Positions 1 through 8,593 of a stretch of 64,000 nt of DNA are shown one piece after another (within the stretch, counting starts at the first letter, position 1; each line of letters begins with the position of its first letter). The stretch comes from Candidatus Nomurabacteria bacterium (lineage in GTDB: Bacteria > Patescibacteriota > Minisyncoccia > Phycocordibacterales > UBA9973). The position numbers and the translations under genes were made by a program. The stretch lies in NCBI GenBank assembly GCA_029288725.1, contig JARIGS010000010.1:23947-87946 (forward strand). The letters run 5' to 3'. Below the pieces are notes generated by a model that made no database searches, was not told where the DNA came from, and was given only the letters and a program-made list of their open reading frames with translations.

Positions 1-934
1 AATTTCTTTCGGGAAATACTGAGAGTTTATCCTTTAATATGCAGATCTGCTCATTGTATTTTTTTATATAAGACTCTACATCTTTTGTTCTAACCACAAA
101 AATGCCTTTGTGTTTAATAGGAGTACGACATTCTTTGCATTCGCATGGCTCTGCTTTAATAAAATCGGGGTAAAGTTTAGAAGAAAAGTCGCATATCTCT
201 ATATTATTTCTATGAGAAAATTTTAAGGTTGTCTCATCAATATCAACATTATATTTTTTACACTTATCATGTATATACCCCTTTATATTACCGTCGATGT
301 ATCTCGAATTAATTTTTTCATAATGAGTGGTATAGGTGGTTTGTCTAGGATCTCCTACTAAAATGATGTTGCTCTTTGATTTAAATAAAAGCTGAATAAA
401 TTCTAAATCACTACCAGCTAGATCTTGTACTTCATCAATAAAAACTGAATTGTACACATCTTCAATTCTACTTAGTACAGAGCCCTCACTAAGATTGTCT
501 GCTTTTACAACAAATTTTGATATAACATTTTGAATTATCTTATTACCTAAGAAGTAATGATTTAAGACATCTTCTTCTTTGATATATATATTATCTTTAA
601 TCTTTTTCTCTTCTACATATTTTCTATATTCCGAATCCGGAAAGAAACCAATCTTTTTATATCTTAGACTATCGTTCATTACAGCTTTATATGGTCTGAC
701 GCCATTCTTCAACAAGAAAGTAAACCACTCTTCAACTAAAATATTTTCGGGTATGGAGTATGAACCGTTTTCTTTTTTATTTTTTTCTCTAATCTTTTTC
801 CTTATTTCCTCAGCATTAGACCTTGTGTAAGTTGTAATTAGAACTTTTTTATCTTTGAGTAAAAATGCTTGGCTTACTAGATAAGTCGTCTTCCCAGCAC
901 CAGCAGCGGCTATAACTAATGTATCTTTTGCCAT
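1..934 (-). CDS. gajB: UvrD/PcrA-like SF1 helicase, N-terminal part (gene continues beyond window start); GajB-like partner of the adjacent OLD-family ATPase
   Basis: Own translation of minus strand from ATG at 932-934: MAKDTLVIAAAGAGKTTYLVSQAFLLKDKKVLITTYTRSNAEEIRKKIREK. This gives helicase motif I (GAGKT) and Ia. The start lies 3 nt after the stop of 938..2554. It is absent from the ORF track because there is no in-window stop. Confidence 0.7.
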   Translation of the reverse strand, partial: MAKDTLVIAAAGAGKTTYLVSQAFLLKDKKVLITTYTRSNAEEIRKKIREKNKKENGSYSIPENILVEEWFTFLLKNGVRPYKAVMNDSLRYKKIGFFPDSEYRKYVEEKKIKDNIYIKEEDVLNHYFLGNKIIQNVISKFVVKADNLSEGSVLSRIEDVYNSVFIDEVQDLAGSDLEFIQLLFKSKSNIILVGDPRQTTYTTHYEKINSRYIDGNIKGYIHDKCKKYNVDIDETTLKFSHRNNIEICDFSSKLYPDFIKAEPCECKECRTPIKHKGIFVVRTKDVESYIKKYNEQICILKDKLSVFPERN

Positions 935-937
935 ATT

Positions 938-2554
938 TTATGAAACAAAATTAATTGCCTCAGTTATATATTTAGGATATACAATCTTTTCCTTTGTGGT
1001 AAAAATAGCTAGTGCACACTCAGTTTTATTTGCTCTCATATAGGACAACAGATCATCTGGTGTTTTCTTATCTGTTCCAAATATCTTATTTAAAATCTCA
1101 AGACTGTTATAAGCTAAAAGTAATGGCTCCAGTGTATTATTATTGTAATCTTCCATACTTCCTGTATATGGCGTATTTTCTTCAAAAAACACCTTGATAT
1201 CCTGTGTCTCTTTAGCCAACTCTTCCCTTAAAGTATTTCTGCTGTCTATATTGGAATCAACATCAATGACAAGAGCAATCTTCTTGTTCAGATGTTTTGC
1301 AATTTCTATGTATCTCTTATATGTATTATTAACAGAAATAACCTCAATTCCATTATTTATTGGCAATACTCCATCATGTGTATCCATATAAGCTCTTTGT
1401 ACAACAAGCTCATCAGCATCACCTTCAACTAAGATTGCTTTATTGCACAGTACAATTCTCAGGGTATCGTATCCTGGTAATTTTTTAAAAAAGTCTTTCA
1501 CGTCTTCTTTTAAGTCATTGAAGGCTACTGGTTCCTCATTGCCCAATAAAATTATATGATCAAGGCCCAATTTATTTGCTACGAAACTACTGTGCGAAGT
1601 AACCAAGATTTGCTTTCCTGTGCACTCATTCTCTATCTCGTTAATAAGAACATTCAGGTTAGTATGTGAGAGGTGGTTTTCTGGTTCTTCTATCAGTACA
1701 ACTGTTGAGCCCTGTGCTTTAGGTCCTGATACGGCAAAAATAGTTTTTATTATTGACTGTCTACCTTTACCAATATAACTAAAGGGTATTTTTTTGAAAT
1801 ATATTGAAAGATGCGCATCCCAAGAATTTTTAGCTGAAGGATCAACGGAAACCGTTATGTCTTTATCTTTTATACTATCCGACAACTTGTCATGCACTTG
1901 ATGTTTACTAAATTCATCCTTGAGCTTTCTATGGGCTTGAGCAGCAAGGAGTTTGTCACTTGAAGCAAGGTCTGACTTAATTTTTTTAGCAATCATTAGT
2001 TCTGAAGTGTCCTGGAAATTTGAACTAGTATCGACCATTACAGTTTTTATTGGAAGGGTTAATCTTACTTGTGAGTTGCCAGAAAATTGTGTTAATTCAA
2101 TATCGTAAAGTTCTAAAGGTAATGACTCTAGTAGGCTTGGATTATTTAAGAGCTCGGTGTAATTACTCCTACACTCTTCATCCATGGCAATCTGAAAATA
2201 AAATCCTTTTGCGGTTTTTGACAACAGGTAATTATTCGAACCCTTTAGGTTATCGGGGGCGTCGTCTGATAAAAAAACCTCAATCCTTATTATTGGTGGA
2301 TCAATCTTTTCTCCATCCTTAACCTTTGTTAAATATTCATTAACAATATCGGTATTGAAAAGAAACTGGTTAATTTTTTCCTTAGTTAAATAAATACCGT
2401 TAATGTAACCTGACAAAACGAGATTGACTGCCTCTAATACTGTTGTCTTTTTGGTTTCATTATCTCCGACAATAATATTAATACCGGAGTTCATATTAAG
2501 GTCTAGACTTTTATATCCCTTAAAGTTTTCAATATGGATCTTTGAAATATGCAT
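938..2554 (-). CDS. gajA: OLD-family ATP-dependent endonuclease (N-terminal AAA_15/21-type ATPase plus C-terminal Toprim); GajA-like
   Basis: N-terminus IHIENFKGYKSLDLNMNSGINIIVGDNETKKTTVLEAV (P-loop). C-terminus ILVEGDADELVVQ ... ALVIDVDSN (Toprim E/DxD). 538 aa, immediately followed by a UvrD-like helicase, the class-2 OLD/Gabija arrangement. Confidence 0.75.
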   Translation of the reverse strand: MHISKIHIENFKGYKSLDLNMNSGINIIVGDNETKKTTVLEAVNLVLSGYINGIYLTKEKINQFLFNTDIVNEYLTKVKDGEKIDPPIIRIEVFLSDDAPDNLKGSNNYLLSKTAKGFYFQIAMDEECRSNYTELLNNPSLLESLPLELYDIELTQFSGNSQVRLTLPIKTVMVDTSSNFQDTSELMIAKKIKSDLASSDKLLAAQAHRKLKDEFSKHQVHDKLSDSIKDKDITVSVDPSAKNSWDAHLSIYFKKIPFSYIGKGRQSIIKTIFAVSGPKAQGSTVVLIEEPENHLSHTNLNVLINEIENECTGKQILVTSHSSFVANKLGLDHIILLGNEEPVAFNDLKEDVKDFFKKLPGYDTLRIVLCNKAILVEGDADELVVQRAYMDTHDGVLPINNGIEVISVNNTYKRYIEIAKHLNKKIALVIDVDSNIDSRNTLREELAKETQDIKVFFEENTPYTGSMEDYNNNTLEPLLLAYNSLEILNKIFGTDKKTPDDLLSYMRANKTECALAIFTTKEKIVYPKYITEAINFVS

Positions 2555-2658
2555 GGCTGATTTGGGAATATTTAGCTGAAATCGTATACCTTATGGTATC
2601 ACAAGATCTTATGAATTGACGCTTTTGATTATTACAGGAAAATGGCTATATTAAGATA

Positions 2659-3360
2659 ATGATGATTGAGATAAGCAACAGGGTTTTTAAGACCAAAAAG
2701 AGTGCTGAGGAGTTTATTCAAGACATACTCTATAAATATCCCTTAAATCAAAGTTTGACCGGAGAGGATCTAGTTTTTGTATGTGGTATGCTTGAGCTTC
2801 ATCCTGATAAGGACGTGAAAATAGGGGTCGGGGTCAGCTCAATTATTATTGAGTCTGATACTGAATTCAATAAGACAAGACACTTTTCTGTAGTCAGAAC
2901 CGACGGTTCAATCGTCGATTTTAGTTTTAAGAAATGCTTGTCGCCAAACTTGAATGAGCCGATAAAATTGTTTCGCTCATGTGCTAGACGTGCCATTGCA
3001 AACCAGTGCTTGTCTTTCAGAGATGAATTCTTTCATAAAGAGCAGAACCTAGATACAAAAGTTCCATGTGCGATCACAGGGGTTTTGATTGATAAAAATA
3101 ATTGTCATGTTGATCACATCCACCCCGAAACATTCGATAAGATCATATTAGATTTTATTGCTGCAAATAATATTAATGTTTCCGAGATTAAATTCATCGA
3201 AGCTCAAAATGGCATAGGTAGAGTATTTGCAGATGATACTTTAAAGGATAGTTTTTCTAAATATCACAAAAGTGTTGCTAAACTACAGGTCGTATCGCCT
3301 GTGGCTAATTTAAAGCAGAAAAAAAGTAAAAACGTAGCATACAAAAACAGCTCAAAATGA
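2659..3360 (+). CDS. HNH-like nuclease-motif protein (paralog 1), unknown N-terminal domain; stand-alone copy of the RT-coupled protein at 14900..15568
   Basis: 233 aa; CAITGVLIDKNNCHVDHIHPETFDKI matches HNH core HxDHIxP. ~70% identical to 14900..15568. Own promoter TTGATT-16-TATATT (~2624-2651); terminator hairpin at the 3' end. Confidence 0.6.
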   Translation: MMIEISNRVFKTKKSAEEFIQDILYKYPLNQSLTGEDLVFVCGMLELHPDKDVKIGVGVSSIIIESDTEFNKTRHFSVVRTDGSIVDFSFKKCLSPNLNEPIKLFRSCARRAIANQCLSFRDEFFHKEQNLDTKVPCAITGVLIDKNNCHVDHIHPETFDKIILDFIAANNINVSEIKFIEAQNGIGRVFADDTLKDSFSKYHKSVAKLQVVSPVANLKQKKSKNVAYKNSSK

Positions 3361-3369
3361 GCTGTTTTT
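3342..3369 (+). terminator. Rho-independent terminator (ACAGCTC-AAAAT-GAGCTGT + T5) overlapping the stop of 2659..3360
   Basis: Perfect 7-bp stem, 5-nt loop, T-run 3365-3369. Confidence 0.7.
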
Positions 3370-3400
3370 GTATGCTACTCGTGCTAGCACGAGACGGTGA
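3369..3400. repeat. 32-nt direct repeat copy A (TGTATGCTACTCGTGCTAGCACGAGACGGTGA). Candidate att/boundary repeat containing the 16-nt perfect palindrome CTCGTGCTAGCACGAG.
   Basis: 30/32 identical to 16515..16546. It is followed by a decayed copy of the tRNA-Glu 3' half (GAGATAGAACC vs GGGAATCGAACC). Confidence 0.6.
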
Positions 3401-3496
3401 GCCTTCTCGAGATAGAACCTTTCGGTTCATTGCCCCATAAGCTCCGTTTTTAATACTTTGATAAAAAATACCGACCCTTCTCGTGCGTAGCAAAAT

Positions 3497-3534
3497 AGTG
3501 ACAAAAGTGACACAGGGTCGAGTATAAAGTGACA
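3497..3534. promoter_or_regulatory. Three direct repeats of (A)AAGTGACA at 3497, 3506 and 3528; possible arm-type or regulator binding sites near the island end
   Basis: atAGTGACAaaAGTGACAca...aaAGTGACAgt read directly. Confidence 0.25.
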
Positions 3535-3724
3535 GTCGTGTGTCCTTATTTCATAAGAGAGTGAGACATCCTGAGACAGGGAAAAACATTTTTCAATTCA
3601 TGAAGAACTTGATCCTATTCTTGAACTTATAGCTAATGAGCAGCGAAAAATTGAAGGGATGCGGGAGTAAACTTGAAAAAATTTCACACAAACCGACCTA
3701 TACGATAGGCGGTTTTTTTGATAT

Positions 3725-3758
3725 AAAAAAGCCTAAACAGTTTTACTGTTTAGGCCTT
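3725..3758 (-). terminator. Terminator for the minus operon 4035..5657 / 3777..4019 (AGCCTAAACAGT/ACTGTTTAGGC stem flanked by A/T runs)
   Basis: 11-bp perfect stem, T-run on minus strand. Confidence 0.65.
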
Positions 3759-3776
3759 GGATATTAGTTTAATGGC

Positions 3777-4019
3777 TCACCCGATCTTTTTCTTCATCGA
3801 ATGGCCGGTGTTTGTTGTAGCATTGTTTCCCGAAATTTGAGCGATTGTTATAGCGCTCCATTTATAAAACTCATCGAGCGAGCCGATAAGTTCAGGGTTT
3901 TGTTGCAACAATGCTGCAATGTTGTCTTCATGCTGGTCAGCATAGACTGCGATTTTTTGAGCTCCTTCAGAAAGTTTTTTGAATCCTTCCTCGTCAGCCC
4001 AGTTTCTGTCCTTTTTCAT
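3777..4019 (-). CDS. hypothetical 80-aa protein, co-oriented 15 nt downstream of the transglutaminase-like gene
   Basis: ORF with terminator just downstream; no recognisable motif. Confidence 0.4.
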   Translation of the reverse strand: MKKDRNWADEEGFKKLSEGAQKIAVYADQHEDNIAALLQQNPELIGSLDEFYKWSAITIAQISGNNATTNTGHSMKKKIG

Positions 4020-4034
4020 AACGTTTGAATTTGT

Positions 4035-5657
4035 TTAAAGAAATCTTTTGGAAAGCCTGTGTTTGGATGGGAGCTTGCGGATTGCTTCCGCAGCCGCCTG
4101 TGCAAGCTCTGGATCATCTTTTTCTGGAACCATAGCGTTGTGAAGCGTGGTTTGACAGAAACAATAATCCAAAATGAAAGAGCTGCTACCTGCAACACGG
4201 TGATCTATTGCTAAAGAATTTAAAGCAGCTATTGCGACATGGTGATAGTTATCCGCTCCAAAGTGAGCCTCTGAGTGAGTGATGATGCCGGTATCGTTCC
4301 AGTGGTCATTGATAGTATCTAACGCTAGACAATGATAGTACGTGTACAGGCAGTCTTTCTTCTTTTGCAGAAAATGCTCAGGGTCATTCAAAACATCATT
4401 CAGCAAGCTATTGCTCGGCCCAAGTAACATGTCGGATGCGGTGTTGATCTTAAAAATTTTATCAATACCTGAAGGAAACTTCTCGCCTGATCCTTCTTCA
4501 AAAAGAAGATCAAACTCACCGCTATCTACAAAGGCTTCAACGATCTTTACCAGGTCTGTAATTGGCTGTAAAAGAACTTCCATCTTTTTAGAGCGAACCA
4601 TATAACCATTAAATATATCAGTAATATGCTGAACGCCCTGCTCAAGCTGCAATGGGGCACTCCCTATCACGCTCAACCCTGGCAACACATCTCTGTATTT
4701 GGAAATTTTTCGAACAATTTCCTCCATATCCCATTCTTGCGAAAGGATACCCCAGTTGAGTGAATTGGAATCAATAATTACCCATCTTCCGTCCCTCACC
4801 TGTATGACAGGGCAAACGTGAAATGAGTGCATCATATCATCCAGATCTCCAATCCTTATTCCTGCTTCAAGGCTATCCATAAACTCTGGATCAGGAAATG
4901 TGATGGAGCGTGCTTCAATGTCTTTTTTAATTTCAGAAGCTTTCTTTTGCCTGAGATCATCCAAAACATCCCGAGCAGTTTTGTTAGGAAGCATGACTAC
5001 CGTTTTAGCTCCTACCATCTCTGCAAATGCCAGTATCATTTGTGTTTTGCCCTGACAGTTTGCACGGTTGTCACTTTTGTTCCATTTCCCATACCCTAGG
5101 GGAAAAACGCTATCGAAGCCGTATCGGCTATTTCTTATTTCGATCTTACGTCTAAATTCAGCAAAAAGCTCTTTAGACGATATGGTCGTTTTTTCGCGTT
5201 GATCCTCGGTATGGAACAGATAGTACAGTTTTTTCGTAAGCTCAACCTGTTCGTCGGCGGTTGCAGATTTCCATTCTTTGGCAATCTGTTTTGCCTCGTC
5301 TGGCAAATTTTTCTTTGCAGCAGTAACGAGAGCCTTTCCTAACCCTCCGATCATTGCCCTCATCTCAATCCCATGACCATATTTAGAATGGGTATTAGAA
5401 GATTCAATAAGTGCCTGTTTTTCAGGATAAGAGTTTAGCAGCACACCAGATACTAAGTGCCCGGCTCGCAGCATTTTACCTTCATCGGTATGCTCAGGGT
5501 ATTTCTCAAAAAGCAGTTTCTGGTTTTTGAGCAAAGAAGTGTAGATTTTTGACCTCTTGAATGAGGTAAGATTTACTCCACACCCTTGTGTGAGCGCAAA
5601 ATCAAATAGTTCTTTAATATTCATGTTAATGTGCTTTTGGTTAAAATTTTTACTCAT
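4035..5657 (-). CDS. 540-aa protein with transglutaminase-like (papain-fold) Cys-His-Asp core
   Basis: NCQGKTQMILAFAEM (Cys) ... MMHSFHVCPVIQVRDGRWVIIDSNS (H..W..D pattern), with C-H-D spacing typical of transglutaminase-like cysteine peptidases. Confidence 0.45.
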   Translation of the reverse strand: MSKNFNQKHINMNIKELFDFALTQGCGVNLTSFKRSKIYTSLLKNQKLLFEKYPEHTDEGKMLRAGHLVSGVLLNSYPEKQALIESSNTHSKYGHGIEMRAMIGGLGKALVTAAKKNLPDEAKQIAKEWKSATADEQVELTKKLYYLFHTEDQREKTTISSKELFAEFRRKIEIRNSRYGFDSVFPLGYGKWNKSDNRANCQGKTQMILAFAEMVGAKTVVMLPNKTARDVLDDLRQKKASEIKKDIEARSITFPDPEFMDSLEAGIRIGDLDDMMHSFHVCPVIQVRDGRWVIIDSNSLNWGILSQEWDMEEIVRKISKYRDVLPGLSVIGSAPLQLEQGVQHITDIFNGYMVRSKKMEVLLQPITDLVKIVEAFVDSGEFDLLFEEGSGEKFPSGIDKIFKINTASDMLLGPSNSLLNDVLNDPEHFLQKKKDCLYTYYHCLALDTINDHWNDTGIITHSEAHFGADNYHHVAIAALNSLAIDHRVAGSSSFILDYCFCQTTLHNAMVPEKDDPELAQAAAEAIRKLPSKHRLSKRFL

Positions 5658-5873
5658 ATTACAATTAATATTTGACTATGTCAATATCATTATACAAAGC
5701 AACCAAAGGGTATTTACATTAACGCGGCTACAAAAAAAATGGCACCGCTCGGGATGAGGGTGCCATTTTACTTTTAGTTAATTTCGCCAGTTCACGACTA
5801 GCCTGGAACTTTTTTATTGACACATTGCTTATTAATGATATGGTATTTACATCGTTCATTTAAACAACCCAAT

Positions 5874-6326
5874 ATGAAAAAGCACTTACTGTTCGCCCTT
5901 ATTACCGCTTTCGTTATCACTGCCGTATACAGCATTGTTACCCATGGCTTCATGGTCAGTCACCACATGCTGGTACGACCCACTGATCCCGATTACAAGA
6001 AAGCGGAATGGTCCATGCTGATCCTCGTATTCGCATCGGCACCATTCGTCATGGTCATGGACTTCCTGACCTTGGTAGAAGTTACCAGAGGAAGTACGGA
6101 AAAATGGATATTGAATAAATACCATTATGATGTTACCAACCCGCTCAAGATGAGATTCATGCTTTTCTTGGCACGGTATCAATTTTTCCTGTACCTGATC
6201 ATGATCATACCACTACTGTACACGCTGATCAGCGGCTTCTGCAGCTTCCTAAGCTTTCTGGCATTCATCTTTGAACGGCCGATCGACTGGATTCGCTGGC
6301 AATGTTTCTGCATTAGCCTCTGGTAA
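5874..6326 (+). CDS. hypothetical multi-pass membrane protein
   Basis: MKKHLLFALITAFVITAV...; hydrophobic segments; terminator at 6349-6372. Confidence 0.45.
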   Translation: MKKHLLFALITAFVITAVYSIVTHGFMVSHHMLVRPTDPDYKKAEWSMLILVFASAPFVMVMDFLTLVEVTRGSTEKWILNKYHYDVTNPLKMRFMLFLARYQFFLYLIMIIPLLYTLISGFCSFLSFLAFIFERPIDWIRWQCFCISLW

Positions 6327-6404
6327 ATTGGCCACACACATTTTTACAAATCGCTCCTCGGAGCGGTTTTTTCATTTTACCATTGATCTTGCTATGATTA
6401 TGGA

Positions 6405-6764
6405 ATGGAAAAACTCTACATCACTCGAATCACTCTGCACGTAAAGGGCTTTCGACCTACGACGACGTTTTCAAAGGTCAAAGAAAAGGGCATTTTATAC
6501 AGCGCGCTTTCTTCAGATTCGTTCAATAAGCCGATCACTGGCAATGACAATATCAGAAACTTGCGCATCGACTTGCCGGAAGATCTCATGGAGAAGGTGC
6601 GAGCAGGGACACTCGAAATAATGATCCCGAAGGAAGGCCTTCAGATCTATGCAGGCAGAGACACGATTGAAAAGGCTCAGCATGAAATGGACAAGGAGCG
6701 CAATATGTTGATTCACAAGAGCCGCGGCAAAACTTGGCGCGCCGATGATAAAGGTGTAAAATAG
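6405..6764 (+). CDS. hypothetical protein
   Basis: ORF only; no motif. Confidence 0.3.
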   Translation: MEKLYITRITLHVKGFRPTTTFSKVKEKGILYSALSSDSFNKPITGNDNIRNLRIDLPEDLMEKVRAGTLEIMIPKEGLQIYAGRDTIEKAQHEMDKERNMLIHKSRGKTWRADDKGVK

Positions 6765-6915
6765 AACCACAACCGAATATTACAGGTGTTGCCCCGCACG
6801 ATAGTGCCATGCTCGCTTCGTAGAGAAAGCCCAGAAAATTAGGAATAGTTTTTTGAGTCTTCATCGCGAAGCGAGCTTTCTTGTTCTAATTACAAAAATT
6901 AAACAAGCAACTATC

Positions 6916-8193
6916 ATGAACAACATCATATGGCATACGGAAGTACGCCAAGTATCTAGTCTCCACTCATGGAGTGAAAACCCCCGCAAGCTCTCAAAAA
7001 GTGCGTTTGCAAAGTTAGTCGGGCGCATTCAGGAGCGCGGATTTCATTCAGTACTAGTGATTGATACCGATGACACCATCCTCTCTGGCAATCAGCGAAA
7101 GACCGCATTGGAGCATCTTAAGATTGAAGAAGTCACTGTATTGATACCAAACCGAAAGCTCTCAGAGGAAGAGCGGAAGAAGATCGCCCTTGAAAGCAAT
7201 CTTAACGATGGGGAATGGAATTACGAGATGCTCAAGTCCTTCGATATCGATCTTGTTACCGACATCGGCTTCGACATGTCCGAGCTTTCAAAGTTTTGGG
7301 ACAAGGATCTAGAAGTAACAGAAGAAGAATTCGACGAGGAAAAGGAAATTAAGAAGATAAAAGTTCCCGTAACTGAGTTCGGAGATCTCATTATCATGGG
7401 CGGTCATAAGCTGCTCTGCGGAGACTCGACTGATCCAGAAGCGGTAAAGAAACTGTTCGGAAACGACAAGGCGGCGGTCATCTACAGTGATGCAATTTTT
7501 AACATTGGCTTGAGCTATGACGGCGGCGTGGGCAACAAATCTAGTTACGGCGGTACGGTTGACGACAACAAGTCAGCTGAGGAATATAAAGAATTTATCA
7601 AGAAAACGATTGTGAATGCACTGTCTGTCTCAAAGGATGATGTTCACTGCTTCCAATGGTGCGATGAGGCCTGGATCTGGGTTTTTCAAACCATATACAA
7701 CGAGCTCGGTATCAAGAACCGACGAGTGAATGTATGGTTGAAGAACAACGCATCGCCCGTGGCCCAAGTGGCATTTAACAAGGCACTTGAATTCTGCGTC
7801 TATGGCACGAAGGGATCTCCATTTCTGTCTCCATTATACACCAATCTTAACGAGATCATGAATCCAGAACTCGGAACAGGAAACGATCTCTATGAGCAAG
7901 TGACAAATGTCTGGGCGCACAAGCGTCTGCCAAGCAATCAGCTCGAACATCCAACGAGCAAGCCGCCAGAACTTCACAAGAAGGCACTGCTCCGCTGTTC
8001 AAAGCCAGGAGACATCATCTTCGACTCCTTCTCGGGATCGGCGAGTACAATGATCTGCGCAGAACAGTTGAAACGAAAAGTATATTCCTTGGATATAGAA
8101 GGCGTCTTCTGTGACTTGGCCATTCGCCGTTACGAAAAGTTCACAGGAAAGAAAGCAGAAATAATCAAACACTTCTATGAAAAAGAATACTAA
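6916..8193 (+). CDS. ParB-like N-terminal nuclease domain fused to a beta-class DNA (N6-adenine/N4-cytosine) methyltransferase
   Basis: VLVIDTDDTILSGNQRKTALEHL (ParB box). HPTSKPPELHKKAL (motif IV) then IIFDSFSGSASTMI (motif I FxGxG). ATG at 6916; the ORF track starts earlier at a TTG. Confidence 0.75.
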   Translation: MNNIIWHTEVRQVSSLHSWSENPRKLSKSAFAKLVGRIQERGFHSVLVIDTDDTILSGNQRKTALEHLKIEEVTVLIPNRKLSEEERKKIALESNLNDGEWNYEMLKSFDIDLVTDIGFDMSELSKFWDKDLEVTEEEFDEEKEIKKIKVPVTEFGDLIIMGGHKLLCGDSTDPEAVKKLFGNDKAAVIYSDAIFNIGLSYDGGVGNKSSYGGTVDDNKSAEEYKEFIKKTIVNALSVSKDDVHCFQWCDEAWIWVFQTIYNELGIKNRRVNVWLKNNASPVAQVAFNKALEFCVYGTKGSPFLSPLYTNLNEIMNPELGTGNDLYEQVTNVWAHKRLPSNQLEHPTSKPPELHKKALLRCSKPGDIIFDSFSGSASTMICAEQLKRKVYSLDIEGVFCDLAIRRYEKFTGKKAEIIKHFYEKEY

Positions 8194-8593
8194 GAAGAAC
8201 GAGTTCATTGATCAGCTCCGCAAGATTCCCATTGTCTTGGTCGCCTGCGAAAAGACATCGATTGCTCGCAACACGGTATACCGTTGGCGCAAGGAGGATG
8301 AATCGTTCGCAACGGCTATGGATGACGCGTTGCTCGAAGGCGAAGCACTGATCAATGACATGAGCGAGAGTCAACTGCTTACCATGATCAAGGAAAAAAA
8401 CTGGTCGGCGATCAGCTTCTGGCTTCGTCATCGCAATCCGAAGTTCAGAGACAAGGTTGAGATAACTCATTCCACGAAGGATAAGGAGCTTACCAACGAA
8501 CAAAAGGCATTGATTGAAAAAGCGCTACAACTCACTACCTTCTCGCAAGACAAGGCACTTGAAATATTATCAGGCACTACAAATGAAAAATAA
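8177..8593 (+). CDS. putative phage terminase small subunit (HTH)
   Basis: SIARNTVYRWRKEDESFATAMDDAL HTH typical of TerS N-termini; overlaps the MTase gene end and the TerL gene start. Confidence 0.5.
   Translation: MKKNTKKNEFIDQLRKIPIVLVACEKTSIARNTVYRWRKEDESFATAMDDALLEGEALINDMSESQLLTMIKEKNWSAISFWLRHRNPKFRDKVEITHSTKDKELTNEQKALIEKALQLTTFSQDKALEILSGTTNEK

Noticed and set aside
5733-5769. Perfect 11-bp hairpin AAAATGGCACC/GGTGCCATTTT called as terminator
   Set aside because: It lies between divergent gene starts (5657 minus, 5874 plus), so it is not at a 3' end. It may be an operator or attenuator instead, and function is unclear.
8514-8582. Longer start for the terminase large subunit
   Set aside because: It would overlap the TerS gene by 80 nt. 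The ATG at 8583 gives the usual few-nt overlap; kept as an alternative.
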